In this document: piece by piece, positions 45,634 through 57,100 of the stretch | How the letters are laid out: each line of letters opens with the position of its first letter | Position numbering within the stretch: position 1 is the stretch's first letter | Source: Vulcanimicrobiales bacterium | GTDB lineage: Bacteria; Vulcanimicrobiota; Vulcanimicrobiia; Vulcanimicrobiales; Vulcanimicrobiaceae | Direction: 5' to 3' | Assembly (NCBI GenBank): GCA_038231455.1 | Contig: JBBRLI010000002.1 | Coordinates: forward strand, 96,001-160,000 | Length of the DNA stretch: 64,000 nt | Translations under genes and position numbers: made by a program | Notes under the pieces: generated by a model | Told to the model about the DNA's origin: nothing | The model's database searches: none | Seen by the model: only the letters and a program-made list of their open reading frames with translations

Positions 45634-48312
45634 CTAGAACTTTGGGCCCGTGTAGACTTCGATCATTCGCTCGGGATGGATGTATGTTTTTGCTACGCGT
45701 AGGATATCGGCGGGCGTGATCGCGTTGTAATGTGAGCCAAGGTCGGCGTAATAGTCGAGCGGGAGTTGGTTCATCGCGATGTTTTCGACGCGGCCAACCA
45801 AGGCGCTCGTCGATTCTTCGGAGACGAGAGCGCCGGCGATAATCTTGGTTCGGGCGCGTGCCACTTCGTCGGCGGTAACCGGCGTCGTCCGAATGCGGTT
45901 GAGTTCTGTTTTTACGAGCGCGTCGGCGGCGCGGACGTTTTTCGGGTTGGCGTTGAATGCGATCGCGAAGAGTCCGCGGTCGCGGCTCACGTCGAGTGTG
46001 CTTGAGATGCCGTACACAAGGCCGCGCTTGGTGCGGACTTCGTCCATCAGGCGCGTGTCGAAGGAGCCGCCGCCGCCGAGGATATTGCTGAGCACGTTGA
46101 ACGCGTAGAAATCGGGATTGCTGCGCGTGATCGCATTCTCGCCGAGTTGCACCGCGACGGCGTCGCGCTCAGCTGGGACGCGCTGCTTTGCGGGATGTGT
46201 CGGCGGGACCGGCGGCAATTTTACGCTTGGCGTTGCGCCCTCGTTTTGCCACGAGCCGAACGTGCGCTCGATCGCGGCGCGCACGTCTTCGGGTTTCACG
46301 TCTCCGACGACGGCGATGGTCGTGAGGTCGGGGCGAAAGTAGCGGTGCTCGTAGGCGACCATGTCCGCGCGCGTGATCGAGCGGATGCTCGCAAGCGAAT
46401 CTTCGCGCAGTGTCGGATCGCCTTTGGGTAGGAGCAAATGCGAGAACGCACGCGAGGTGAGATAGTCGGGATCGCTCGTGCGCTGCGGGATCGACGCGAG
46501 TTCTTGCGCGCGGAAGAGGTCGAGATATTGTTCGGGAAACGTCGGGTTGCGTTCGCCGTCGGCGAGCACCGCGAGCAGCGCGGGCAAATCGTGGGCGAGC
46601 CCGTGCGCATCGAAGCTCGTACCGAAGTTAATCGAGGCGCCTAAGTCATCGGCGACTTTGCGTTGCGCGTCGAAGTCGTATTGCGCGCTGCCGTAAGCGA
46701 GCAAACCGGCCGCAAACGACCCGACGCCTTCTTTGCCTTGCGCCTCGAACGCCGGCGAGCCGTCGATCGTGCCGCTCACAAAAACGGTCGGATTCGTATG
46801 GACTTCCTGCACGAAAATGCGAAGGCCGTTCGCGAGGGTGAACGCCGTTGGCTGCACTTTGCTTCGGATCGCGACCGGTGCCCGCAGAGCGGCTTTGACC
46901 CAATCCGCTTGCACGATCGGGCCGCTTGGCGAACGTTTGGAGAAGTTATCGGAGACGCCGCTTGCCGCTGCCGCCGGGTCGCCTTTGGCGTTTGTGGCGC
47001 GCGGGAGTAACGTGCCCACGACGCTTGGCTCGTTCAAATAGGTTTTGAGTGCGGCGTCGATGTCGTTTGGTTTGAGCGCGGCGACTTCGGCGTCGTCGAT
47101 TGCGGGATCGGCGATGCCTTCGATTGCGATCGCCGCGCCGTAGCGGTCCCCGAGTCCGGCGATCGAGTCGCGCGCGAAGATCGCCTGCGTTGCAACGCCG
47201 CCTTTGGCGGCGGCGAGCAATGCGGGATCGACGCCGCTCGTGCGAAGCTGCGCGAGCGTTGCTTCGTACGCAGCGCGCGCTTCGGCGGCGGTGTGACCGG
47301 GTGTAATCGAGAGCGTCACGTGCAAGAGTCCCGACCGAAGCGTCGTTTCGGTCGTGGCAGAATAACTCAGCGCGACTTTACTCAAAACGAGCGACTTGTA
47401 AAACGGCGACCGATCGCTGCTCATCAGCGATGCGAGCACCTGGGGTGCGGTGGATGCGTGATCGCCCGCGCCCGGAATCCGATAGGCGAGGTCGACGATC
47501 TCGTACGGGGTGTCACCCGTAATACTGACCGCGCTTTTTTTGGCGTCGGGCGGAGGAGTTGGGAGTGCCGCTTGCGGCAGCGCCTTTGCTTTGATCGGTC
47601 CAAACCAGCGTTCGGCAAGTTCGAATGCATCGCTCGCACGAACGTCTCCCGTGATAACGAGCGTAGCGTTGTTGGGTGCGTAGAATTCATCGTAGTAGCG
47701 TTTGATATCGGCGACCGAGGCTTTGGCGACGTCAGCGCGATGCCCGAGCGCCGTCAATGCGAACGGCGAACTCGGAAAGGCTCGCGTACGAATTGCATCG
47801 CCGAGTTTGAAGCTCGGATTGCTGAAATCGCCGTCGATTTCGCCGAGAACGGCGCCGCGTTCGAGTTTCCAATCCGACTCCCGGAGCGAAAGGTTGGTCA
47901 TGCGATCGGCCTCGATCCGCAAGGCAAGTTCGAGATGGTCGGCGGGGACGACGAAATAGTAGCGCGTGTAGTCGTTATCGGTATTTGCATTCATCACCGC
48001 GCCAAGGCGCGCCGGAATGTCGTCCAGACCGCTACCCGAAAGTGCGGACGTGCCGCGGAACATCATATGTTCGAGCGCGTGCGCAAGACCCGTTTTGCCC
48101 GGTGTCTCTTGCAGGCTTCCGAAGTGATAGTAGATCGAACTCTGCACGACCGATGCGGCGTGATCCTCGACGACGACGACCTTGAGCCCGTTTGCAAGCG
48201 TCTTCGTCTGCGCGGCATTCGGGGGGAGGGTCGGCGGTGTACGCTGCGCTTCGAGGCCGAGCGGCAGAAGTAGTGCACTCAAGATGAGCGCGACGAGTCG
48301 GCGATTGATCAC
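45634..48312 (-). CDS. M16 (pitrilysin/PqqL-like) zinc peptidase, two-module fusion
   Basis: Signal peptide, LANGL.V, G.AHALEHMMFRG, NANT..DYT.Y; second module with RL..EVR.KRGLVY. Confidence 0.93.
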   Translation of the reverse strand: MINRRLVALILSALLLPLGLEAQRTPPTLPPNAAQTKTLANGLKVVVVEDHAASVVQSSIYYHFGSLQETPGKTGLAHALEHMMFRGTSALSGSGLDDIPARLGAVMNANTDNDYTRYYFVVPADHLELALRIEADRMTNLSLRESDWKLERGAVLGEIDGDFSNPSFKLGDAIRTRAFPSSPFALTALGHRADVAKASVADIKRYYDEFYAPNNATLVITGDVRASDAFELAERWFGPIKAKALPQAALPTPPPDAKKSAVSITGDTPYEIVDLAYRIPGAGDHASTAPQVLASLMSSDRSPFYKSLVLSKVALSYSATTETTLRSGLLHVTLSITPGHTAAEARAAYEATLAQLRTSGVDPALLAAAKGGVATQAIFARDSIAGLGDRYGAAIAIEGIADPAIDDAEVAALKPNDIDAALKTYLNEPSVVGTLLPRATNAKGDPAAAASGVSDNFSKRSPSGPIVQADWVKAALRAPVAIRSKVQPTAFTLANGLRIFVQEVHTNPTVFVSGTIDGSPAFEAQGKEGVGSFAAGLLAYGSAQYDFDAQRKVADDLGASINFGTSFDAHGLAHDLPALLAVLADGERNPTFPEQYLDLFRAQELASIPQRTSDPDYLTSRAFSHLLLPKGDPTLREDSLASIRSITRADMVAYEHRYFRPDLTTIAVVGDVKPEDVRAAIERTFGSWQNEGATPSVKLPPVPPTHPAKQRVPAERDAVAVQLGENAITRSNPDFYAFNVLSNILGGGGSFDTRLMDEVRTKRGLVYGISSTLDVSRDRGLFAIAFNANPKNVRAADALVKTELNRIRTTPVTADEVARARTKIIAGALVSEESTSALVGRVENIAMNQLPLDYYADLGSHYNAITPADILRVAKTYIHPERMIEVYTGPKF

Positions 48313-48345
48313 CGAGCGGGGTTCGCGTTTGCAGCGCGCGCCTCC

Positions 48346-49206
48346 TCAGGAGCGCTCCTCCCGCTCGACACCTAAATAAAACCGCGCGGTACGCGCGATC
48401 GCGCGCCTTGGCGCAAGCCCAATGAGTTCGGCGCGCCGAACCGAGACGCCGTGGTTTGCGGCAAGCGACCGTACCAGTTCCGTGATGCGGTAAAGCGGCA
48501 CCGCGTCGATATCCGTCACGTTGAACGACACCTGGACGCGCTGCTCATCGAGTCGCATCGCGAGCGCCTTCAGTGTCCGAAGTCCGCCGTCACGACCGCG
48601 CAGCAGGCGGGCAATCGTCGATGCGACGCCGAGGTCGCTTGTCGCAAGCTCGACGTTGAATGCAATCAGAAATGCTCGCGCGCCGACGGCACTTGCTCCG
48701 GCAGCAACGTGGAGATGATCGCCGAAGTCGGGCTGCCAGAGCGGATCGAGCATGCGCGCGGCAAGTGCCTCATACTCTCCGCGCCGGACGTCGGCAAGAT
48801 TTTCACGTTGACTCGTGCGCGCGGCTGCGCCGTAGAGATACGACGGCACGTGCAACTCGTTCCACAAACGCTCGGCGGCTCGCGTGGCAAGATCGACGGC
48901 TTCTGCCAGCGTGGACTTGCCGAGCGGTACGAACGGCAGAACGTCGAGTGCGCCGATGCGCGGGTGTTCGCCGCGATGGGTGCGCAGATCGATGCGTTCG
49001 ACCGCTAGCGCCGCGATCGCAAGCGCCGCATCGAGCACGTGCGGCCCCGTGCCGATCGCCGTGATCACGCTGCGATGATGCGCGGGGTCGCTTGTCGTAT
49101 GCACGACCCGAGCACCGGCGCGTTCGGCCGCATCGGCGCACGCCGCGATCACCGCCGCATCGCGGCCTTCCGAGATATTCGGAACAATCTCGAAGAGGGT
49201 GCTCAA
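48346..49206 (-). CDS. glutamate formiminotransferase
   Basis: VPNISEGRD, D..HHRSVIT, IDLRTH.GEHPRIGA.DV.PFVP, VGAR.FLIAFNV, QVSFN, ELIGL.P. Confidence 0.92.
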   Translation of the reverse strand: MSTLFEIVPNISEGRDAAVIAACADAAERAGARVVHTTSDPAHHRSVITAIGTGPHVLDAALAIAALAVERIDLRTHRGEHPRIGALDVLPFVPLGKSTLAEAVDLATRAAERLWNELHVPSYLYGAAARTSQRENLADVRRGEYEALAARMLDPLWQPDFGDHLHVAAGASAVGARAFLIAFNVELATSDLGVASTIARLLRGRDGGLRTLKALAMRLDEQRVQVSFNVTDIDAVPLYRITELVRSLAANHGVSVRRAELIGLAPRRAIARTARFYLGVEREERS

Positions 49207-50564
49207 TCAAGCGCCGCCCGAACCGCTTGCGCGATATCGCGCACTTCGTGCATCCCCGTTCCCGTTTGGCCGGCTTTCGACCGCGGCACGACAAATTCGC
49301 GAAAGCCGAGCTTCTGTGCCTCGCCGATGCGTCGCGTCCCCTGCGAGACGCTGCGAATTTCGCCGGAAAGTCCGATTTCCCCGAACGCTACGGCATCGCT
49401 TGAGATCGGCACGTTCCGAAACGCCGAGGCGATCGCAAGCGCGATCCCAAGGTCGGCAGCCGGTTCGTTGACGCGTAGCCCGCCGGCAACCGAGGCATAG
49501 ATGTCGTGGCCGCCAAGGGCCATCCCCGCGCGGCGTTCGAGCACGGCGATGATCATCGCAAGACGCGCTTGGTCGAGGTTCGCGGCAAGGCGTCGCGGTG
49601 TTCCGTATGATGTCTCGCCAACGAGCGCCTGAATTTCCACCAGCACCGGACGCGAACCGACAAGCGAGGGGACGATGCACGAGCCGCTCGGGCGTTCACC
49701 GCGGCCGTCGAGAAAAATCGAGGACGGGTTCTTGATCTCGTGCAGCCCGCGCTCGTCCATCGAGAACACGCAGATTTCATCGGCCGAGCCGAACCGATTT
49801 TTGTACGCACGCACGATGCGATAGTCGCCACTATTGTCGCCCTCGAAGTAGAGCACCGTATCGACGAGATGTTCGAGCAGTCGCGGGCCCGCGATCGTGC
49901 CGTCTTTGGTGACGTGGCCGACAACGAAGGTCGCGCAGTCGGTGCGCTTGGCAAACTCCATCAAGAGTTGCGCGCAGTCGCGTACCTGCGAGACGCTGCC
50001 GGCGTACGATTCGACTTCCGGTATCCAGACGGTTTGAATCGAGTCGACGATCAGAAACTGCGGCTTGTGGCGTTCGAGTTCGGCGAGGATCGCGCGCAGA
50101 TTCGTCTCAGCGTACACAAGCACGTTGTCGCCGACGCCCAGTCGCTGCGCGCGCATCTTTGTCTGCGCGGCAGATTCCTCACCGCACACGTATACGGCGG
50201 TGGCGCCGGACTCCGCGATCGTCTGTGCGATCTGCAGCAGCAAGGTCGATTTGCCCGCGCCGGGCGGGCCGCCGAGCAGGACGAGCGAGCCGGGGACGAT
50301 GCCGCCGCCGAGCAGCGTATCGAATTCGCCGATCCCCGAGCGAAAACGCGCGACGCGCGCGCCGTCGACATCGGCGAGGCGCACCGGCACCACGCCCGTC
50401 GAACTGGCGCGCGTTTGCGATTGCTTCACCCCGCGCGTTGCGGTCGCCGTCGGCGCTTCGGCGAACGTGTTCCACGCCTCACACGCCGGGCAGCGCCCTT
50501 CCCAGCGTGCGGATTCGTGTCCGCAGGCCGCGCAGAAGAAGAGACTCGCCTTCGATTTCGCCAT
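49203..50564 (-). CDS. radA: DNA repair protein RadA/Sms
   Basis: C4 zinc finger (CAACG...CPAC), GPPGAGKSTLLLQ, KNRFG, Lon-like C-terminus. Confidence 0.96.
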   Translation of the reverse strand: MAKSKASLFFCAACGHESARWEGRCPACEAWNTFAEAPTATATRGVKQSQTRASSTGVVPVRLADVDGARVARFRSGIGEFDTLLGGGIVPGSLVLLGGPPGAGKSTLLLQIAQTIAESGATAVYVCGEESAAQTKMRAQRLGVGDNVLVYAETNLRAILAELERHKPQFLIVDSIQTVWIPEVESYAGSVSQVRDCAQLLMEFAKRTDCATFVVGHVTKDGTIAGPRLLEHLVDTVLYFEGDNSGDYRIVRAYKNRFGSADEICVFSMDERGLHEIKNPSSIFLDGRGERPSGSCIVPSLVGSRPVLVEIQALVGETSYGTPRRLAANLDQARLAMIIAVLERRAGMALGGHDIYASVAGGLRVNEPAADLGIALAIASAFRNVPISSDAVAFGEIGLSGEIRSVSQGTRRIGEAQKLGFREFVVPRSKAGQTGTGMHEVRDIAQAVRAALD

Positions 50565-50621
50565 TCCCGCATCGCTTCGGCGGGGAGTTGCGGACGCCCG
50601 GTGCGTCGTACATCGCGCCCC

Positions 50622-51014
50622 ATGCGCTCACCCGGACTTCTCATCGCACCGCTGCTCGCGATCCTCACCGTGCCGGCTCTTGCCGACGCACCCTCATGCA
50701 GAGAAGCCAATCGCGCGCCGAAAGTGATCGCTGCGTCAAAACCCAGCGATCCACCCGATGCCCTCAAGCTGAAACTCAAAGGGAACGTCGAGGTCATCAT
50801 TCGTCTGGCCGACGATGGGACGGTGCGTCTGGCGACGGCTTCGAGCGGGCCGGAACAACTGCGTAAATCGGCAGAAGACGCCGCACGGAGCACGACGTTC
50901 GAGCCGGAGTTGAAAGACTGCCGCAAAATCGGTGGACTCTACACCTTCGTCGTCGAGTACGACTATACGAATCCACCGCCGACACCAACGCCCGCGCCCA
51001 AAGCAACCAAGTAA
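50622..51014 (+). CDS. small exported TonB C-terminal domain protein
   Basis: Signal peptide, P.DP.DA....LKG.V.V...L..DG.V......SG...L..SA..AA....FEP pattern, Pro-rich tail. C-terminal part of ORF 49740-51014. Confidence 0.7.
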   Translation: MRSPGLLIAPLLAILTVPALADAPSCREANRAPKVIAASKPSDPPDALKLKLKGNVEVIIRLADDGTVRLATASSGPEQLRKSAEDAARSTTFEPELKDCRKIGGLYTFVVEYDYTNPPPTPTPAPKATK

Positions 51015-51015
51015 C

Positions 51016-51693
51016 ATGGCGGTTCGCATTTCCGTTGCCCTCGATGGTCCCTCAGCCAGCGGCAAGACCACCGTCGCGAAGCGTTTGGCGCGCGAGGTTG
51101 GGTATCTCTATCTCGACACGGGTGCGATGTATCGTGCCGTCGCGCTTTTGGCGTTACGCAACGCGGTCGAAGTCGATAGCGACGAGGCGCTCACGGATCT
51201 CATCGCAACGCATCTGATCCGCATCGATGCCGCTCCGGCGACGATCGCCGGCTACCGCGTGTTTGTCGACGATCGCGACGTGAGCGAGCAACTCACCGCG
51301 CCCGATGTTACGGCCGCCGTCTCGAGCGTCGCCGCGCAGCCGCACGTTCGTGCCGCGCTCGTGCAGCGTCAGCGCGAGATCGCCGAGCGCGGGCCGGTCG
51401 TCATGGCGGGCCGCGACATCGGCACGGTCGTGCTGCCGGATTCCGAATTTAAGTTTTTCCTGACCGCCTCGCTCGATGAACGCGCGAAGCGGCGCCTCGT
51501 CGAATTGCGCGATGCGGGCGTCCACACGGATGAAGGGCATGTGCGCGCGCAGCTCGCCGAGCGCGACCGCATCGATGAATCGCGAACGAACTCGCCGTTA
51601 CGCCCGGATGCAAACGCACTGATCATCGACTCGACCGACATCGACGCTGGCGAAGTCGTGCGCCGCATGCTCGCGCACATGGGTCGCGCATGA
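51016..51693 (+). CDS. cmk: cytidylate kinase
   Basis: DGPSASGKTTVAK, YLDTGAMYR, GRDIGTVVLP, RD..D..R..SPL. Confidence 0.95.
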   Translation: MAVRISVALDGPSASGKTTVAKRLAREVGYLYLDTGAMYRAVALLALRNAVEVDSDEALTDLIATHLIRIDAAPATIAGYRVFVDDRDVSEQLTAPDVTAAVSSVAAQPHVRAALVQRQREIAERGPVVMAGRDIGTVVLPDSEFKFFLTASLDERAKRRLVELRDAGVHTDEGHVRAQLAERDRIDESRTNSPLRPDANALIIDSTDIDAGEVVRRMLAHMGRA

Positions 51694-52292
51694 CGGCCTA
51701 CGACATCGCACGCGGCGGGCTCAACCTCTTCATGCGCTCGCTCTGGCGTATGGAAGTTACGGGACTGGAAAACGTGCCGATGAGCGGCCCGCTGCTCGTC
51801 GCCTGCAACCACGTTTCGTACGTCGATCCGGTTGCGCTTGGCTGCGCGCTGCCGCGACCGCTTTGGTATATGGCAAAATCCGAGCTGTTCGAAATCCCCG
51901 TGCTCGGGCCGGCGATCGCGCTCGTTAACGCGTTCCCGGTCGACCGCAGCAAAGGCGGCCTTGCCGCGATCCGCAAGTCCGTTGCCATTTTAAAAGAAGG
52001 CAAAGCGATTGGGATCTTTCCGGAGGGGACGCGCAACCTCAAAGGCGAGGCCGAAGAGAAGGGCGGGGTTGCCCTGCTTGCCTCGCTTGCCGGGGCCCTC
52101 GTGCTCCCGGCGGCCGTGGTTGGGACCGCCCGGGCGACCAAACTGGGCAAAATACGGGTCGCGTTCGGCGAACCGATCCGGGTCGAGCGGAACCGAAAAG
52201 CGGCGGGAGACGATCTGGAGAAGTGGACCCATGAAATCATGAGCCGCATCCGCGGACTCGAGGAGCAAATCGGTGCACATTCGGCGGGCTAA
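51690..52292 (+). CDS. plsC: 1-acyl-sn-glycerol-3-phosphate acyltransferase
   Basis: NHVSYVD (HX4D), MAKSELF, FPVDR, IFPEGTR. Confidence 0.92.
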   Translation: MTAYDIARGGLNLFMRSLWRMEVTGLENVPMSGPLLVACNHVSYVDPVALGCALPRPLWYMAKSELFEIPVLGPAIALVNAFPVDRSKGGLAAIRKSVAILKEGKAIGIFPEGTRNLKGEAEEKGGVALLASLAGALVLPAAVVGTARATKLGKIRVAFGEPIRVERNRKAAGDDLEKWTHEIMSRIRGLEEQIGAHSAG

Positions 52293-53124
52293 AACTCAGG
52301 GATTCTGCTTTGGCGTGGCTATTACGGTCAAAAAGGCCGAGGAGGCCGTTGCCGTCCCCGGCGCGTCGGTCACGACGCTCGGGCATGTCGTGCACAATCC
52401 GCAGATGGTGCAGAAGCTCGAAGAGGCGGGTCTGAAAAACGCACACGCGATCGAGGATGTCGAGAGCGGCACGCTCTTCGTGCGTGCCCACGGTTTGCCA
52501 ACCGACGTCTACGAGAAAGCCAAAGCAAAGAACCTCACCATCATCGATGCGACGTGTCCGATGGTGACGAAAATTCACGTCCAGGCCGAGAAGCTCAAAG
52601 CCGAAGGCTACAAGATCGTCGTCGTCGGCGATCCGAATCACCCCGAAGTCAAAGGCACGCTCTCGCACGTGCCGGGCGCCTGGTGCATTGCCACGCCCGA
52701 GGAAATCGATGCGCTTCCGCGCGCGAGCCGCGTAGGTGTGGTCGTGCAGTCGACGTGGTCGGGTACGGGCTTCACCGAGATCGTGCGCCGCTTGAGTGAA
52801 AAGTATTACGAAGTGCGCGCCGTCAATACGATCTGCACCGATACGCGCAACCGGCAGTCCGAAGCACAGTCGCTCGCCCATGACGTTGAAGTGATGGTCG
52901 TCGTCGGTGGCAAGACCTCGGCAAATACCAAGCACCTCGCCGATCTTGCAGAGGCGAACGGCGCGCGCTCGTTCCACATCGAGGGCCCCGAAGACTTGCA
53001 GGCCGCGTGGTTCGATGGCGTGCGCGAGGCGGGCCTTATGTCGGGTGCATCGACGCCCGGTTGGCTCGTCGATGCGGTCGAGGCACGCATGAACGAACTC
53101 ACCGACCTTGCGGTCGCGCGCTAA
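52273..53124 (+). CDS. ispH: 4-hydroxy-3-methylbut-2-enyl diphosphate reductase
   Basis: GFCFGV, VHN, RAHG, DATCP.V, HPEV, TIC..T..RQ, SANT, GASTP. Confidence 0.95.
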   Translation: MHIRRAKTQGFCFGVAITVKKAEEAVAVPGASVTTLGHVVHNPQMVQKLEEAGLKNAHAIEDVESGTLFVRAHGLPTDVYEKAKAKNLTIIDATCPMVTKIHVQAEKLKAEGYKIVVVGDPNHPEVKGTLSHVPGAWCIATPEEIDALPRASRVGVVVQSTWSGTGFTEIVRRLSEKYYEVRAVNTICTDTRNRQSEAQSLAHDVEVMVVVGGKTSANTKHLADLAEANGARSFHIEGPEDLQAAWFDGVREAGLMSGASTPGWLVDAVEARMNELTDLAVAR

Positions 53125-53170
53125 GAACCCGGAGGGTCATCTGCCGATCGCGACGCCCGCCACGGTGGAA

Positions 53171-54148
53171 ATGCTCGAGAGATTTCTGCAGCGTGCCGTC
53201 ATGCGCTTCGAGAGTGCGTCGCCGATAAGCGAGCAAGTCCGTTACCATTTTGGTTACTTGCACGGGGAAGGCGCACGACGTGGCAAGCGACTGCGTTCGC
53301 GGCTCTTGCTCGCCGTTGGTGAAGAAGAAGGGGCGTCGATCGAAGCGGGTCTGGATGCCGCTGCGGCGATCGAGATCCTGCACAATTACTCGCTCGTGCA
53401 CGATGATATCGAAGACGGCGACCGGATGCGTCACGGTCGGGAGACGGTTTGGTCGCGCTACGGGATCGCGCACGGGATCAACGCTGGCGATGCGATGTGC
53501 GCGTACAGTTATCTCACGTTGCTGGCAAACACCGGGCACCATCCTCCCGAACGCATCGTGCGCATGACGCAGCGCCTGCATGAAGCGAATCTCGATATGT
53601 GCGCGGGCCAGGGCCGGGACATCGAATTCGAGACCGCCGCAAGCGTCAGTCTCGATGACTATCTTGCAATGATCGCGGGCAAGACTGCGGCACTCTTTGC
53701 GATCAGTTGCGAACTCGGCGCACGGTCGGCGGGTCTCGATGATGAGCGCGCCGCCGCCTACGCGCGACTTGGCCGCACCTACGGCCTTGCCTTTCAGATC
53801 CGTGATGACGTTCTTGGGACATGGGGCGAAACGGCCCAAACCGGCAAACCCTCCGGCGCCGACATCGCAAAACGCAAGTGGTCCTTCCCGGTCGTCTGGG
53901 CGATGAGCTCGACGGATTCGGCCGACCGGCAGACTGTCGCGCGTCAATATGCCGCAGGCGAGCCGCTTGAAGGCGAGGCGGTCGCGGACGTTATCGCAGC
54001 GCTCGATCGTCTCGGTGCCCGCGCTGCGGCGGATGCCGCTGCGGCGGCCTATCTCCGTGAAGCTGATGGTGTCGCGGCGGCAGCCGGCATCGACCGCAGC
54101 GGCACGGTCCGGGCATTTCTGCGCGCATCGGCGAATCGGACGGCATGA
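53171..54148 (+). CDS. polyprenyl (GGPP-type) diphosphate synthase
   Basis: GKRLR, HNYSLVHDDIED.D..R.G, GD, GQ, KT, AFQIRDD.LG. Start uncertain (ORF is open from 53108). Confidence 0.9.
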   Translation: MLERFLQRAVMRFESASPISEQVRYHFGYLHGEGARRGKRLRSRLLLAVGEEEGASIEAGLDAAAAIEILHNYSLVHDDIEDGDRMRHGRETVWSRYGIAHGINAGDAMCAYSYLTLLANTGHHPPERIVRMTQRLHEANLDMCAGQGRDIEFETAASVSLDDYLAMIAGKTAALFAISCELGARSAGLDDERAAAYARLGRTYGLAFQIRDDVLGTWGETAQTGKPSGADIAKRKWSFPVVWAMSSTDSADRQTVARQYAAGEPLEGEAVADVIAALDRLGARAAADAAAAAYLREADGVAAAAGIDRSGTVRAFLRASANRTA

Positions 54149-57100
54149 GCGCCGCCTCCCTTCGTCTTTCCGAACGCGCCCAGTCCTTTCGCGCGTATGC
54201 GCCGCTCGCCGCGATCCTCGGGATCGGTTTCCTGCTCCGGCTCCTCTTCGTGCGCGGCGACGGCTTTCACAACGACATCGCGGCGTTCGAAGCGTGGTCG
54301 CTCACGCTCTCCGAACACCCGCTTAAAGACTTCTTTGCGAACACGAGCTTCGCGGACTATCCGCCCGGCTATTTCTTCGTTCTCTGGGTCGTCGGTTCGC
54401 TGTATCACGGCCTGGTGAGTCTGGGCGTCGTACACGGCGACCCGTCGTACATGGCGCTGCGGGTCATGGTCAAATTGCCCGCTATCCTGATGGACCTTGT
54501 CGATGCGGCACTGATCTACGCGATCGTCGGCCGGTTCGCGAGCCGCGCGTGGGCGCTCGGCTGCGCGGCCCTCTTCGCACTCAATCCCGCGACGATTTAC
54601 ATCTCGTCCTACTGGGGTCAAGTCGATTCGATTTCGTCGGGCTTGGCGCTGGGCGGTCTCTTGCTGCTTCTCATCTCGCAAGAGCGTCCGCGCGGTCAGA
54701 TCGGCTGGATGATCGGCGCATACGCCGTGCTCGCGTACTCGGTCCTGATCAAACCGCAGGCGTCCTTTGTTGGGCTACTGTTCCTCGCGTTTGCCTTCAC
54801 AGCGCCGACGGCTGAAGAAGCCGCGCGGCGGCGAATCGGCACGCTCGCCGGGATCGGCGTGGGCCTTGCGATGGCATACGTTGCCGCTGCGATTTTCCAC
54901 AACGCGCTCAACCCGATCGAAGACTTCCGTTGGCTCTTGCAGCGTTATGAATTCGCCGCCAGCGTTTATCCGTACAACTCGGTGAACGCCTTCAATCTCT
55001 ATGCACTCAAGCAACACTTCTGGGAACTCGACTCGCAGCCGATGACGTTCTTGGGTATTGCGCTTGGGCCGATGGTCGTATGGGGCTGGTTGCTCACGCT
55101 TGCAGCCTCCGGGCTCATCGTCGCACGCTATATTCAGCGCAAGTCGAATGAGGCGCTGATCGAAGGCGCGATGCTCGCGACCTTTGCGTTCTTCGTGCTC
55201 AGCACGCGCATGCACGAACGCTACATCTTCACCGCACTCGCACTGGCGTTTCCGCTCGCGGCGCTGGGCAAACGCTATTTGTATGCAGCGGTGATCCTCA
55301 GCGGCACGATGCTTGCCAACATCGGCTACTCGCTCTACTATCAAAACGTGATGGAAGCAAAGATCGGCGGGGTCGACGCGACCGACTTGCTGCCGTGGCT
55401 CTCGCATCCGCTCTCGGCGCTCAACGTCGGGCTGTTTTTCTTCCTTGGCTACATCTATTTAGGCGGTCGGATTACCGGACTCGAAAAGGTCGAGACCCGC
55501 GTGCTTTCCGCCGCGCGAAGCTGGTTCGATCCGCGCCAAGGCACGGTCGGATTTAATCGCCTCGACTATCTGCTGATCGTTCTCTTTACGCTCGCGTCGT
55601 TCGTTTTGTGTTTGCTGTGGCTGCCGTGGCCGGCCGAAAAAGTGTTCGATGAAATCTACTACGCACGTGCGGGCGAAGAGTATCTCAAACATATCGACAT
55701 CTTTGAGTTCACCCATCCGCCGTTCACCAAACTCGTGATCACGCTCTCGATGATGCTCTTCGGTGGGCTCTCGGGGGCTGGCGATACGGGCCTGGGCTGG
55801 CGTTTCCTTAACGTCGTGATGGGCGCGCTGATGGTCGGCGTGACGTACGCGTTCGGCAAGAAGCTTACGGGCTCGACGCTCTGGGGCAGCGTCGCCGCCG
55901 GACTCTTGCTCTTCGATGGCTTCCACTACGTCCAGTCGCGCATCGCGACACCGGAGATTACCGTTGCGCTCCTCTCGCTAAGTACGCTCTACGCGTTCTA
56001 TCGCTACTGGATCGCTGCGCAAATTCGCACGCGTCAACTGCGCCGCGGGGCGCTCGTGCCGATGGTCCTCACGATGGTCCTTGGCACCGTTGTCGCGCTT
56101 GCGGGTGCGGCCTACCTCACCGGTTTGCATGAAATTCCCGGCATCGCAACGGCAAACGACGCCGAGACGACGGTGGCGAAACTCGTCGTGTTCGTTTACC
56201 TCGAGTCGGTCGCGTATTTGGTCGCGCGGCTGCTCGTTCCACGCTTCTTCCCGGCGGGACCCCGCGAGGCAAGTTACGCCGATGGCACGCGCGTTCGCGG
56301 GACAGCCGCATCGTTTTCCACCACCTTACCTGAGGGCTCCGTGCTACCCGTCGACCGCGGCAAAAACAGTGCACGCGTAATCGACGATGGCGACGGCGCG
56401 CGTCGGTCTTACGAACGTGATGGCTCGTTTGTTTACGCGACGCCGGATGGCACGGCGTCGTTCGCACCGCAGGGGACGCTGAGCGTGGGCGAGGTGACGA
56501 TCGAATCAAATGACGCCTGGAAGTGGCTGGTCGTCCTTGCCATTTCCGGTGGCTTACTGGCGGCGAGCAAATGGAACGGGCTCTTTGATTTCTTTGTCGT
56601 CTGGGGCTGCGCCGGGGCCGTCGTTAGCCAGCAGTTTTTCCGTCGTCGCGCGCTCTTTGGCAATCCGTTCGGCTTTCCGCTCGATCTGCTCGTCGTAACG
56701 ATGATGGTCGTCGCGGCGACGATTTATATCCTCTGCTACATTCCGTACTTCTCGCTTGGGCACGGTCTGCCCGATGTGATCGCGATGCAGCATTCGATGT
56801 ATCACTACCACTCGACGCTTGTCGCGACGCATCCGTATTCGTCGCGTTGGTGGCAGTGGCCGATTCTCGAAAAACCGATCTCGTACTTCTGGCAAGATCT
56901 CCGTCCGCCGATCGATGCGAATAATCCAAGCGCGTGCTGCGTCGCGGAGATTCTCGCGCTGCCGAATCCGATCGGTTGGTGGCTCGGCTTAATCTCCGTG
57001 CCGCTGCTCGGGTTTCTTGCCTGGCGCGAGCGCAACAAAGGCTACGCGCTCATCGTCATCGCGTACATCATTCAGTGGCTGCCATGGATCGGTTCGCCGC

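Noticed and set aside
49740-50621. N-terminal 294 codons of the 424-aa plus-strand ORF
   Set aside because: Antisense shadow of radA. Only the part from ATG 50622 looks like a real protein.
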